DNA of 51,733 nucleotides, the filler included, from Sphacelaria rigidula (Eukaryota): the NCBI GenBank assembly GCA_964200075.2. It is 4 parts of 4 records of this genome, joined end to end, with 100 filler letters (N's around TTAATTAATTAA, not from the genome) between each part and the next. Parts side by side here need not be neighbours in the genome. Positions count along the whole stretch, not along the records: positions 12,964 to 25,821 come from CAXNAA020003353.1; 3 more parts are not named here. The stretch is one strand, 5' to 3'. Position numbers and translations under genes: made by a program. Positions within the stretch are counted from its first letter, which is position 1. Every line of letters starts with the position of its first letter. Below are positions 12,864-25,921 of this stretch, in pieces. The notes below the pieces were generated by a model. That model did not search any database. It saw nothing but the letters and a program-made list of their open reading frames with translations, and was not told where the DNA came from.

Positions 12864-12963
12864 NNNNNNNNNNNNNNNNNNNNNNNNNNNNNNNNNNNNN
12901 NNNNNNNTTAATTAATTAANNNNNNNNNNNNNNNNNNNNNNNNNNNNNNNNNNNNNNNNNNNN
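12864..12963. other. Assembly gap with artificial TTAATTAATTAA linker
   Basis: 100 nt of N with a centred six-frame stop linker, identical at 25822-25921 and 38778-38877. Confidence 0.97.
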
Positions 12964-15799
12964 CCACTGTTTTAGGCTTGAACCTCATCTCGGAGTTAAA
13001 CCTCAGTTCGCACAATTTGTTGTTAAACGATGTTCATTTGACTTCTACGACAGCGTTTGTGACGGATAATCCCCATTTGTGGAACCCGCTTCTGTCTTCT
13101 TCGGCCGGACACGACGCTTTCAGCCGCCACGCCAACAAATGCATCAGTTGCAATGTACAAGGCCATAGCATGCATGACCGTGACAAGTCATGCATAAATG
13201 CATTTAATCTCATGAACTCTGAACTACAAAGCGATGAACCCGCATGGCGCCGCTGGCAAAAACGAATGCGTGACTGTCGTACTCTAAATCAAAAGAATCG
13301 CCACCATCCGAATTCTTGGGGCAACTGTCACTCTAATCGCGAGTGTCGACAAAACAACAACCGTAGTTCTGGCACTCGCCAACGAGATAATACCTCTCGC
13401 GCCAATCATGGCTCCGCTGACAGACACCAGCGAACGGGACCGACACATAGCTCGAATCCCAACACCAGGAACCCTGGTACCTTCACTTCGGATCGCTTAG
13501 ATCCATGACGTGACAACGTCGGCGTCCTAAAGTCTTCGGCGCCGCCGACAGCACTTTCGACGACTTTTTCAACACTACCCGCGAACCTAGCGACAACAAT
13601 TTCTCGCTCAGTCTCCCCGGCATTATGCAGGAGCACTAATGACGGCCGCTCAAATCGACCCCCGTCTTCACCTCCTCGCAAATAGCGTAACAGTTGCGTG
13701 AACTCACGACTTAGCTCTACGCTAGGCTCTGGACTTGGTCATTCAGAACTGAGCATAAATCTGAGGTGTGGGAACACCAGCCGCCCGTCCCTTAGACAAA
13801 GGCTTCCCTCAGCGACCGCACGCGCAGGCAGTAGTGTAGCTCACTCGACGGGTTCAAGTGTCGCTGGTCTCAATTTGACCACTTCTGGCCAAGTAACACC
13901 CACCCAGCTCGGAAGACTCGCGTTCAATAGACCACGCGAAACAACCCCTGATTGTTTCCAAGAAAAACCGTCCCAATTTACAATCCGCTATGACTTCTCA
14001 GCCAAACTTGCCAACGGAAAGTCCACAAGCTTCGCCCGAGCATGCCCCGATGCTGACCCCATCCACCCGACTGACGCAGTTGTCGTGCCCCAACAAATTT
14101 TGGAAGTTCCCCGACCATCATCACGGCGAAAGAGGAAGCCCCGTAAAGGTGCCCTCAAGGAAGCGCACGCCTCATCACGCACACCTCTTTCGAGCGGAAA
14201 ACCTCGACCTCAATCTATTCAAAATGCGACGGCTTTGCGCTCGACGGCTATATCAAGCATCCCGGAAGAGGCAAATTCAACTATTTCTGACGCTGCACTG
14301 CTTCTTCAATCGACGGCCCCAACAACGCACAATCTGGATCCACCTAGGATGTTGATCCCTGTCTACCCAAGACGGTCATTTACGAAATCGCTGATGATCA
14401 GTCTACCCCTGCCTCGCCTGGAAATAATATACCGTCCACAACCTTTTCTGGTGAAGAATCTGACCCACCGGCGGATCACCCCCGTGCGTTTTTGCTGTCA
14501 GCCCCGCTGATCGTGGCCAATTTACCTTGCCGGAACATGGTCCGGATCTTGTTGGCGGTAAAGTATCTGTGAATTAGACCACTTTCACTACACGCTTCGC
14601 GATCCACTCTGGTCCAAACGCTACCACGCCTACGAAATGCGTATTTCTGTTGGACAGCGGCAGCCCGCAAACGTTCATGCGACGATCAACATGGGAACAC
14701 ATGAAACAGGCTGGCGCTGCTACCGGAGCTTGTGAAACCACCACCCGACCTCGAGTATGGGGCGGCTCCGGTGATCCTACCGCACGTCTGACAACACGAA
14801 AAGCATACGTCTCTCTTAGTGTGCAATTGTTTCACCACACCACTCGTTCTACCAGCCTGGCCGTCTGGACATTCATTGTCTCCGACAGCACAATGCATTA
14901 CGCGATATTATTGGGCAGGTATAGCTACATGCGGTTTAATAAACTTGAACCTACCACACGCTCCAACCAGTATCACCACAAAGCACGTATCGTGGAGAAT
15001 TCAGCTCTGAACACTTTGGTACACTCCACGGTGGTGTGACCTACCAAAAGAATACTCAAGCAACCGGAGCTGCCTACCACCTACGATACAATGGTAGTGT
15101 TGGTATTACACTCTCTGACGATCCTCAACTTTTAGAAATTGCCCTTTTTCGCCGAAATGGCATGCCTGCACGTACGGGGCATTATCTTGCCGAAATGTTA
15201 CTCCGTATTGGTGCACTAGCCGACACAGAACATTTTGTCTCGGCGGGACCATAACTCCTCTCTTTTGTGAGACATGTTAACTTGAAACCCGGCGATATTT
15301 TAGGAATCGCCGCCGCTCCCCTGATGTCATCCCACTCGAGACGTGCGTAACAGAGCCTGCCAAACCCGACGCACCATCTCCGACGGAGTCAGTCCATTTT
15401 GTCGATGCACCTTTTTTCGACCTCGCCTCTGCGACTCCACTTCAGGTCCACTCGGTGGATCCCGCCCAGTCAAATTCTCCTGCTGAAGTGCTTCAACGCT
15501 CACCACCAGATTCTCGGAATAGTTTATTGCAAATGCGGAACCAACTGCCGCCACACATGCGCGATATCAATTTTGACCTTCATGAGCCCGGGTGGGAACC
15601 AGCAGTCATCCAAGAACTCAGTGGTGTCCTGCTACAGTACCAAGACCGATTCTCCCGATCCAAGACGGATCTTGGGCACTGCAAAACGGTGCCCTTTGAG
15701 GTTACACTACAACGCGGGGCATCGCCAATATCGTCGCGAACATACCGGACAAACCCAATCCTTACCAAAGGAGTGAATACCATCTTAGATACATATTTG

Positions 15800-16970
15800 G
15801 CGGCGGGATGAATACAACTTTTCTCGTCTCCTTGGGCCTCGCCACTTGTGATCGTCCCCCAAAAGGATGGAAATGTGCACGTAACCGTGAATTACCAACG
15901 GTTGAACCGCGTCACTGTGACTTGTATACTTTCAATCCCCCGCATCGATGAAGTCTTCGACTCCTTAGGCGAAGGAAAAATGTTTAGCACCGTCGACCTC
16001 GCTTCTGGGTTTTTCCGGAAAGCTATTCACTTTGACACAGTCACACTTACGGCCTTCCGTACCTCGTACGGGCTCTATGAGTGGCTTCGAATCCCACAAG
16101 GCATTACCACTACCCCGGGATGCTTAATGCAACGCGTCACCGAGGATCTCGACCACATCACCATGTGCCTAGATGATGGTATCGCTTTCGATGCCTCACC
16201 TCTACGTGAATTTCTCTCTCCTCTACGTAAATACGACTTGAAACTGTCTCCATTCAAAGCTCGCCTTGGCACGGCTGACTTGGATTTCCTGGGACATTCC
16301 ATTTCGCCAGTAGGCCTACATCCGGATACAAACAAAGTCAAAGCGATGACTGACTTGCCGATGCCAACCAACATTTCTCAACTTCGTTCATTGTTGGGCG
16401 GACTATCCTACTACCGCAAATATTTGCCGAATTTATCCAAACGGATTCGCCCCCTTATTGAGCTACTCAAAAAATTCGAGCCGTGTTTACCTTCACCACC
16501 GGTACGGAGAATATCACCCACGAATTGCTGAAATCGCTTACCGAAAAGCCGGTACTCTGTTCCCCTGACTGGAAGGCAGTACAAGATGGCCCTCGCCTTT
16601 TCCAACTACACACTGACGTCAGCTCAGACGGGTTTGGACGGGTTTTGGATAAACCACAGGTTGACGGCTCCATTCGACCCACCCTCTACATCAGCCGCGC
16701 CACCCTGCCCAACGAGGCCAAGTGGAGCCCGCTAGAATTGGGAGGCGGAGTAATCAGCTGGGACATTAAGCGCCTCCGACAATATCTGTTTCACGTCCCA
16801 TCTGAGATCTACACGGCTCATGGGGCACTCGAACGACTTGCCAAAGTTGGCGAACACAACCCGCGTGTACCACGATGGTTGGAGTTTCTAACAGCGTACA
16901 GGTATACCATAGAGCACCGTCCAGGCAAAACCAACAGAAACCCTGGCCTTCTTTCCCGACTACCCCTGCC
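15800..16970 (+). pseudogene. Gypsy reverse transcriptase + RNase H (frameshifted)
   Basis: ORFs 15848-16531 and 16483-17481 contain PRIDEVFDSLG.GKMFSTVDLASGF, TAFRTSYGLYEWLRIPQG, DFLGHSIS, QLRSLLGGLSYYRKY and RWLEFLTAY.YTIEHRPGK. Confidence 0.92.
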
Positions 16971-17841
16971 GCCTACGGGCTCAGATTTCAGTCCGGCTTG
17001 CCGTTTAACGGAACCCGATGAACCTGGGATTTACTCTATAAGACGTTTTTCAACGCCCGTTTATGCCCTTGACCTACAGTGCCCAAAGACTGGTATGCAC
17101 ATGGGCAGTCCTCGCCCTCTACCATATGACGGCGTCTTGGGTGGGTTGAAGCCCACTTCCTCCGATTTCGTCGATTTCCGCGCTTTTGGTACCCGCGCGA
17201 AGCATTTCACGAAGACACCTTCGGTCATCCACCTAATCTCCGACAAGACGCGCTTCGGGTCTGCCGCCCCCACCCCGCCCCCGAGTGCCCCGCCGCCATC
17301 GATAATATCTACAAACTCCACGAGTCACGCAGCACCTACCCAACGGTCCAGTATGCAATGCTCCGCGAAAACTACCACAGCGTGCACCACGCGCCGCGAA
17401 CAATCTTCGCCGCGCACTGATACGACCCCGTCGCCCATAATGGCGCCACCTACATCTACTGCTCCCAAGCATGGACCCTAGGACCCAGCTCCTGCTCCCG
17501 GGGTAGATATTGACGTCGGCATTTCTGCCCCGTCGCCTATTCCCCCGCTGCCAACCCCGCCACGTTTGGTCGGCTGTCCAGCGGAAGATCAACTACGCGA
17601 GTTTATCGCCAGCTACTCTCACCGCGATTGGGCCCGCGAACAAAACGCGGAACCTCAATGTCGCACAGACATCCAGTACGTACAGCTTGACTGTCTAGTC
17701 CCCTTTCCATCCGCCTTTCTGGCCCCGGATGGCACACTGCCACCCCCAGGTATCTCTAACGTAAACGAACTCGTGCGTAATTATACCCTTTTTACTACGG
17801 ATGAAGGCGTATAACTACTCGTGCGTCGCCCCACGCCTTTC

Positions 17842-18088
17842 GAGTCATCCTACGATAGGGGGGGGTATTTGGTTGCAGGAAAAAAACGGCTGATAAGTGT
17901 GCCAGATGGCCTGCAACATTCGCGATGCGCTTGTATTTGGTGCAGAGTGGTGTCAATCGGTATGAATGGGCGTTATGTATCTATAACAAGCTCGTTCGAG
18001 CAACCGTTGCTGATTCCAGCGGCGATTTGTCTTGGAATTTCGTGCAAGAAGTGGCCCAAAATACCCCCCCCCTATCGTAGGGTGACTC
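17842..18088. mobile_element. MITE with GAG...CTC termini and 4-bp TSD (Sola-like), inserted in gypsy pol
   Basis: TIR GAGTCATCCTACGATAGGGGGGGGTATTT / AAATACCCCCCCCCTATCGTAGGGTGACTC, with TTTC duplicated on both sides. Confidence 0.85.
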
Positions 18089-18189
18089 TTTCACAGGCGC
18101 AATTTCCGTGTCAACCACGGGACGCCACGCACGACTACTCGATGACGAACCAACGCGCATATATGTCCCATGATTAATGTCCCTGGGCC

Positions 18190-20068
18190 ATGAAAGGCTG
18201 TCACACAGACTCGTCATGTCACCTTGGCATCACCCGCACCCTAGCGCTCTTGAAACGCTTCTACTGGTGGGTTGGCATGGAATTTTGCACTCGCTTCTGG
18301 ATTCGGCGATGCTTCAAATGCCAAGCCCGAATGCTTCACGCTAAACAGTACGCTGGCCCGCCATCTCTATAGGACACCCCAACGCTCCGGGCCATCTTGT
18401 GTGTTTTGACTACTTTAGCCCTCTACCGATCACAGGTCGCGGCAACAACTACACCTTACTCTTCACTGACAGCTTCAGCCGCCACGCGTCCATGTACGCG
18501 GTAACCGCTGCAGATCTCACTGCCATCGGAACGGCGGATATACTGGTTCACGACTACATCAAGCATTACGATGGCCCGAAATGACTCCTTTCAGATGATT
18601 ATCAGCAATTTTGCTCAGATCTCTCTGATGAGCTTTACAAGCTCCTCGGCATCCGCAAGATTGTCACGAGCGCTCACCACCCTAATGGTAACGGTGGTAC
18701 CGAAAGAGTTAATCACATTATGGCTCAGATGTTCTCTATGATCGTCAATGACCGCCAAAATGACTGGGACCTACACCTCTCGCACATCATGTTATCCCAC
18801 AACAACTCGGTTAACGCCGCTATAGGCCTTTTCCCGAACGAACTCCATCTTGGACGTCATCCTCGACTACCCACCACCGTGTTTGAGCGACACACATTCG
18901 GTGGCCACCAAGGATTAGATCAGGATCAGATATCCTGTCCCGAGCTAGCGCATTCATTCACGACAACGCAAAGCGTTTACCCTCGTGCGCGAACAACACG
19001 CTATCAACGCTTCGCGCCTAGAGAGATCTAGCGCTGCTTCCTACAACCTCATGCACAAATGCCTCAACTGGAAAGTTGGTGATTGGGTTTAGATCTACAA
19101 CAGTTTGTCGACCATCCGCCAAGGAACCAGCAAGGCAGCCAAAGAAAACATTTTGAAGACGAGTTTGTCCCTCAATTGGACAGGACCATTCAAGATCCTG
19201 AAAGTCGGACCATCGCCATCATCCGGATGATAAACCCGTTGGTGACAAACTGCTCTATCTCGATCTATCTCGCGACCTCAGGGGCAAGGACACCAAAACC
19301 CGCGTCGCCGTGCACAGAAGCAAACCCTGCAGGAATCCGCATGATACAAGTGACATGCCCAAGTACTTGCCTGCCGGATCCACTCAGTACGTTCTCAACA
19401 GCTACTCGAACAAGTCCCCGCCTTGTCATGTTACAACCGACGACGTGATGGAACAGCCACTCCGATTGACCGTGTTCTCCATTCCCGGCCACCAGATCAC
19501 TCGTGGCCGACGTGGCAAAATTACTGTCATGTATAAGACACACTCCCAAGGTCTTCGGAGAGCATCTTGGGAACGCGAATCCCACCTTTAATTGCATCGC
19601 CGTGCAATCCTCCTGTACTGGACGCAATCCTAACATCAGCATGTTGCTCACAAAAAGAAATATCGCAACATGCGTCGTGGTGCAGCAGCCCGCGAACTTC
19701 ATTACGATCAAGGACTACACTTTGTCGCCGATGGCTACGAAGCTGTACCCATCAAAACTTGTAAGGCGAAGTTCTTCGCACCCCAGCGAATACTACCTGA
19801 GGGCAGCTACCTTCGGTTCAAAGGCAGCGACAACCTCTGGTGGTTGGGCCAGACCCACTCCGCTAACCTGGTTTCTGCCGGCACGTACATCGTGCGCTTC
19901 ATCGATGACCTTGGACCCATCCAGCTCGAGCTTCGGCCAGTACAATACACCACTAGCCCATCTGCCCCACGCGGATTCTGGTGCCTTCAGCGACTCAAGT
20001 CAAAAGGACTCTGTCGCGATATCCAGTGCAACATCGATCACACCCACGACGTCCACGCACCGCTTTGA
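18190..20068 (+). pseudogene. Gypsy integrase with C-terminal chromodomain-like and additional domain (disrupted)
   Basis: HLGITRTLALLKRFYWW...CFKC, FDYFSPLP...GNNYTLLFTDSFSR, HPNGNGGTERVN, QNDWDLHL, WTGPFKI, followed by GHQITRGRRGKITVMYKTHSQGLRRASWERESHL. Confidence 0.88.
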
Positions 20069-20702
20069 ACCACGCCCCTCCACTTCAACATTTCTTCCCT
20101 TCTCAAGTACTTTGCCCTCCCTTCTTCGCTAGGACCCGACTCTACGACATACACAACGGGACTATGTCATCGGACTACGATTGAACACTACTAGGAGCCA
20201 CCAATCATCTACGACCACTGGATTACTAGGAGCCACCAACCATCTACGACTACTGGAGCTCTAGTACACTCCTTTTAGCTGGCGCTCGATCTCGTTGGAT
20301 CACCGATCCCGGATTTTTATTCCCTCGCTTCCGACCAACATGCGTTGGTCGCTACTGATCTTGCCGTTTTTGTCTTTGGGATCCCCCAGATAAAAGCTCT
20401 GCTCCCTGTTGTACCCCCCTGGTTTTCCCGCTCGTTTTGCTACGACGTCGAAGAAATTTGCGCTTCTTCGTTGATCGCTAGCACGCAGAAGCAGTTTGTG
20501 CTCCCGTGTTTCGAAGTGTCTTTTTCTGCTCCTTGAAGCAGTATATGCTTCCCTTATTCTGAGGTGTGTGAGTGACGGAGTGTTTCCTTAGATGTGCCTC
20601 CCCAGCCGCTCATGATTTTACATGTAAAGGAAAACCTCTGTTTCCGCTGCTTTTGAGGATAAATCCTCGCAGCTGTACTAAAGGTTCGCCTGGGTGGGTT
20701 AG

Positions 20703-21182
20703 TGTCATGAGGAGCATATTAGCCTGTTACCATGCCGCCTCAGACACGTGGGCGGGTCTAGCTAGATTGCATGGCATTTCAGGTTACCTCAAGAGTGCAG
20801 GTCTGTTCAGAGTTGGTCAGATACAAGTATGAACTCGTATGTAGCGAGGGATGATAGTCGATGGGACCACCTTTGGTGATCACAACGCTCCATCCCGACA
20901 ACGAGACTCTCACATCTTCGGTGAGATTGATTGATTGAGCGAAAGAGATCGAGCACTCAGAATACTTGGGAGATCAAGCAATTAAGCAATCCAGAGGAGG
21001 TACTATCATACCTACGCGTGAAACTGACTTTGATACCTGGGATACAGAACACTATCAGCGTCGTTTGGTACGCTACAGAGTTGTTCTTTGCCTCTCAGCT
21101 GGCGTGTCAGGCCTCTTGTTCGGTCCTCCTGCCTTGCCAGTAAGGCGTGTGTTAACCATACACCTGGCCTAACCCCATTACA
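20703..21182 (+). repeat. 3' LTR of the gypsy element (~480 bp)
   Basis: Starts TGTCATG just after a G-rich PPT-like GGGTGGG and ends CCCCATTACA. Both ends match the LTR at 10357-11104. Confidence 0.8.
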
Positions 21183-22199
21183 TATACCCAAGTATTGCTG
21201 GGAGTGCTTACACAATATTTGAGTCGAGTATTTGAGATCGTACTCAATCTACCCAAAATTTGCTTAGAGTATTTAATCCACCCAAAAGTTAAGTAGAGTA
21301 TTTGAGGTCATACCATATCTACCCCAAATTTGAGTAGTGTATTTGAGGTCATACTCAATCTACCCAAAACATTGAGCAGTGTAAATACTCGGGTTTCTTA
21401 CCCGAGTTTACTCGACCTGCCCTTGCACTGTTTCCACCGTTGGGTCTCCCACGGAGGAGTCAGATGTGCGGCCAGTAGAGTTGCTCACTTTGATGGTGCC
21501 TACCCGACTACCCGTCTACTCGATCACTCAATGGTGATGAGTAGCGCTCTGTACTAAAATTGATATTGAAGAGGTTGCGAGGTATCAAGCATGTACTGCC
21601 ATGGGTGGGGGCGGGTGAGCAGGAGCAGGTAGGTTCATTCATCTCCACGTTTTTTTTGTTTCTTGATGGCCATCATTCGATCATACTCATTGTAGCCCGT
21701 GACGTAACGTCACTCATCTCAGTGATGGCCATCGTTCGCTCATGTATTCAGCTTAGTCTGAAGTGACGTCAAGAAGTCGCCGGTCACGGTTACTCGTCGT
21801 AACCAAGTGACACTCTATACCTGAGTATTACTGAGAGTGCTTACGCAGTATATGAGAAAAATAGTTGAAGTCGTACTCGATCTATTCAAAAGTTGAGAGG
21901 AGAGTATTTCGGGTCGTACTCAACCTACCCAAAATCTTGATCAGGGTATTGAAGGCCATACTCAATCTACTTGAAATTTGAGTAGAGTATTGAGTTTATA
22001 CCCAAGTGATTCTCTATATCAAGTATTGCTGAGAGTGCTCACCCAATATTTGAGTAGAGTATTTGAGGTCGTACTCAATCTACCCAAAACTTGAGTAGAG
22101 TATTTGAGGCCGTGCTCGATTTGCCCAAAAATCGAGTAGAGTCAATACTTGGGATTTTACTCGGGTTTCAAAAGTACATACTCTACTCGACCTGCCCGT
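21183..22199. mobile_element. Partial, nested copies of the same hAT-like family
   Basis: Right TIRs CTCGACCTGCCC at ~21411-21425 and ~22187-22199, the same subterminal repeats, and 21430-21810 matching 42060-42740 in inverted orientation. Confidence 0.7.
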
Positions 22200-22996
22200 G
22201 AAAATATCACCCATGATTGATCACTTGATACTCTGACCGCAGCCAGTATGGCCTTCTTACTACTTATGCTTCGATGCTAAACGCTCTGTTCAACTCCTGG
22301 TGTATCATGATTCGGGCCAAGAAACGACAGTATGTGAGTGAACAATGTCAACTGGTGGTGACAGTCATGGCCGAAAGGCAACATGCCTCACGTTTTCCTC
22401 ATGACTCAAGAACCGCAATGCTTTGTTTGCTGAGAGAGACTAGGTTTTTTCGAACAGCCCCAGCGTGGTAAAGGGGCGTCTGACCCGGTGATGGGTCAGT
22501 AAACCAGTGCGAATCTATAACCAATGTACAGATGATATACAATTAGCTTTTTCTCACGGCGTTTTGGTATGTGTTACGAGTAATGAGTGCGTGCCCTTCA
22601 GTGCAACATGTGCGCCCGAGAAAGTTATATGAGGGTACAACAAACTGTGTTGGCCCTAGGAAGCAAATCCTAGTTGACAGCTTCTTGCACTGTGGATACT
22701 CGATAGAGGGTCAAGCGTTTCATCTTGTGCTATTTTGTTTTTCGCCCTTGACTCGTCGATCAAACATAGACCGTAGACTCCACGCTCCTCCCGAGTTGCT
22801 GAAGGCAAGAAACGAAGCCAAGTATCATCGGGTGGACGCATGACACCTGAGTGGCATATATGCGATACACCTGTCATCATACAATACAATATCGCCTGCG
22901 TGATTGGTCCATTTCCGGATTGCATCGCTATTCCATTCTGCATTCAATCTGATCGTGGTTGCACACGATCCAACACTAGCACACATGCACAAGGAT

Positions 22997-23106
22997 TAGG
23001 CTCTTACTCATTATGCTAGCACGTTTTTTTAAGAATTTGTTTATCTTGAAAACAATAATGGGTCGCTATTTTGTAAAACCGTGCTAGCACAATAATTAAA
23101 AGCCTA
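22997..23106. mobile_element. 110-bp hAT-like MITE
   Basis: TAGGCTCTTA..ATTATGCTAGCACG / CGTGCTAGCACAAT..TTAAAAGCCTA inverted ends, with 8-bp TSD ACAAGGAT / ACAAGGAC. Confidence 0.7.
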
Positions 23107-23409
23107 ACAAGGACCTAGTCCGGGCACACTCAGATAGCCCTCCTGCCCCGGAGCTAGGTCCTGGGAACTCTTCATCACGCGGACAAAGGTCTATATCTCG
23201 TTACTCATGCCGAAGTCAAGTTATGCTCATAACATAATCACGGTGAAAATCAAAAGACCCGACAAGGAAAATACCATATCTGCCTGGAAAATATTACCTC
23301 CTACATCATAATATGCCCCCCTAATCCAATGTTACTTTCCCACTCATGGGGAGTATAGTCCAAGTAAATAACAAGCCATGTTTCTTCTGTTTTTGAACAA
23401 AAAATAATG

Positions 23410-23670
23410 ATTTTGGGAGAAAGAGCGTAGAGGATACGATTAAGAGTGAGAAGCGGCCCGTTAGTGAATGAGACGTTTCAGTTTCTGTAGTAGCTTGCCA
23501 CTGAATCTATTGACATCCCTGGGTAGGATACCGAAGTGTAGCTATAAGCACACACCAGTGTGACAAGCAAGAAAAAGTACACTCAGAATGAAAAACTCGT
23601 CAAGTTAAAACGACTGATAAAACCCACTCTCAAGCGACGCTTTACCCCCAATCTCACCAAAACATTGTGA
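23410..23670 (+). repeat. Dispersed repeat, direct copy of ~42360-42640
   Basis: Shared AGAGGATACGATT, TTAGTGAATGA..CGTTTCAGTT, TGTAGTAGCTTGCCACTGA and GAATGAAAAA blocks. Confidence 0.75.
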
Positions 23671-24489
23671 AAATCGTATATTCCGAAATCTACGATCAAT
23701 GGACTAAATCGACCAAAACCCTCGAAACTACAAGCCCGAATATTCATGCGTTTTTGATCAACTCCTTCTACGAAAAATGATTCCCAGCAAAGTCGTTCAT
23801 TTCACGTATCCTAAAATGCCTCAGGGTTACGCCGAAAAGTGAATTAATCATGAAAAGGAAAATGCCCGCATACAAGAATCACAGAGTAAGATTTCAGGTG
23901 GAATCAGCCGTAAAGTAGGTTTACTTCACCCGACCGGAGAGCTCCCCACCAAGGAATGCCGGTCCGACACGCGACACCACTGCGAAGCTTTGAAGAAGGC
24001 AGGGGCGTCGGCGCTGGGTTACGGCTGAAAACGTGACTTTCAAGTGATGAATTACGGCGTTGGGTGGTAAGAATATTGTTGCTGTGCACCCGTATGATGC
24101 GGAGGCAATGGAATTTCGATGTGTGGCGGCCACGCAGATCCAGCCGGGTCTGCAGCACGGAGACGGCGTTGTCCATCATACATAGATTCCATGGGACAAA
24201 GAAGTGCGCCAAATGGTTTGGTGCGCAAGAAACACGACACGATGATCCAGGCACCCCTGGTGGTGTCGTTGGATCATGTAAAGTTTGTCAGTGGCACCAA
24301 TTTCTTCATAAATTCCCATACAAACACTGTCATGCACTGCTGCACGCTTCTGTAGTTACTGCACTGTATCTAGTGTACAATAATTTCTCGTACGGTATTT
24401 GAAGTGCAGCACTTGTTGTGCTGCAGTTACTGTACCGTTATGTACTGTCTTTGAGTGTCAGTGTACACCAAAGGGTTAGGGAGCGCTAT

Positions 24490-25037
24490 TGTGTACGTTG
24501 GCCTAGTCGCCTCCGAGAAGGCGGCCTCGCTACACCTTTGCACTGTATGTTCTCCCGAACAGAGGCTCGAGCCGTAGGTTCCTGATTGCAATCACAGCTG
24601 TGCAGAAACAATCTAACAAAAATATCCAAACCACAATGAAGCAAGTCAGATCCAGATGTTCACAGAAATGAATTATCCCCTTGTAGATTACAATACGAAC
24701 CGGAGCCAACAGCACAACTATAAAGCTCTCTGGTAAGGACTCACTTGGAACTCAGAGCAACGGCGGCTAACGCTGATGAAGTCTGGGATCTGTGACGCCA
24801 GGCAGTGGAACACTGTTGGATCACTGCTGTTGAGGGACTCCCCAGTCTTACTGGCCTCAGTTTCAGTTGTCAGCCTTTACAACATTCTCATTATTCAAGA
24901 GTGACCTTCCAGGACACCCACCGAGACACGCCAGAGTATCAGCCTAGTGTCCCCGGTCATTATCCAGATCATCACTAGCAACGGTCATTATCCATATTAT
25001 CACTACCAACTCAACGTAACGGCGAATTTTTGTCACA
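24490..25037 (-). repeat. 3' LTR of the second gypsy fragment
   Basis: On the minus strand it starts TGTGACA after GGAGGTGC, about 80 nt downstream of the integrase stop, and the candidate end is GTACACA. Confidence 0.6.
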
Positions 25038-25118
25038 GCACCTCCGAAGCTCGTTGGACGAAAATCGACCAACAAGCTTGACACATACAAAACGCCAAAC
25101 GCCAAAACGATGAGTCAG

Positions 25119-25740
25119 TCACAATTGAATACCACACTCACTCGTAATGCGAGCAGCAACGGCACGAGTCACGCGCAATTTACGCAACTCCTTCGTAAGA
25201 AATTCCGGAGCGGCCTCAAAAATGTCCTTGAAAAGGCTCCCACATACGCTCCTCGACTTCGAAACTAACCCAGTCGACCAACACGATCAACGAACGATCA
25301 TCTGCTTCTGCCACTCGGACACTACCAGCAATCTGAAATTGCCCGAAACACGTCCTTGACGTCAGCCGTAACATTATGCTGCGAGTCTGCATAAAAACGC
25401 AAACGAGCTACATGAGCACCTCCCACTCTCCATGGACCAGTCCAAGTCGCCATCAACTTGGGCGTAACACCCGGACGACGCACGCATGCATACAAGACAT
25501 AGTCGCCTACCTCAAACTTCGGTAATTCCAGCCCCGACGAGGAACCCTCACGTCTACGCGCACGTTCAGCGGCAACACGTTCCTGCACTTGAACGTGGAA
25601 ACGTTCTTGCAAGTCCAAGACTCCTTGCAATGCAGTCTTGATTTGAACATCGTCCAAAACATCGCACTTCCATTCCCCCGCCGACGAAGACGCCAGCACC
25701 GAGAAGGACGTCCGGGGGGCACGACCAAACATCATGTGGT
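25119..25740 (-). pseudogene. Second gypsy (chromovirus) fragment: integrase C-terminus and chromodomain
   Basis: MMFGRAP...FEVGDYVL.....PKLMATWTGPWRV...HVARLRFY, then after frameshifts VLVDWVSFEVEERMWEP-KDIFEAAPEFL (chromodomain), with a stop at ~25119. Confidence 0.85.
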
Positions 25741-25821
25741 ACGACTATCGTAACGACGATGGTACGCTGTATTAACCCTTTTGGAACCGTTGATGGAAAA
25801 CTGAGGATTTACAACTGAGGT

Positions 25822-25921
25822 NNNNNNNNNNNNNNNNNNNNNNNNNNNNNNNNNNNNNNNNNNNNTTAATTAATTAANNNNNNNNNNNNNNNNNNNNNNN
25901 NNNNNNNNNNNNNNNNNNNNN
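25822..25921. other. Assembly gap with artificial linker
   Basis: Same N-TTAATTAATTAA-N structure. Confidence 0.97.

Larger units (their letters stand above)
12964..21182 (+). mobile_element. Decayed Ty3/gypsy LTR retrotransposon (5' end lost in gap)
   Basis: Domains in gypsy order with many stops and frameshifts: gag-like knuckle CISCNVQGH (~13140), protease LDSGSPQTF (14650), RT (SPWASP..VPQKDG..., CLDD at ~16166 in place of YxDD), RNase H QLHTDVSSDGFG (~16605), integrase HHCC (~18200-18322) and core, then a chromodomain-like tail and a 3' LTR. Confidence 0.93.

Noticed and set aside
12908..12919. TTAATTAATTAA palindrome recurring three times
   Set aside because: Always centred in a 100-nt N run, so it is an artificial six-frame-stop scaffolding linker.
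13830..13862. GTAGCTCA...GGTTCAAGT resembling tRNA A/B boxes
   Set aside because: The boxes are too close together, there is no cloverleaf, and the site lies inside the gypsy gag-protease interval.
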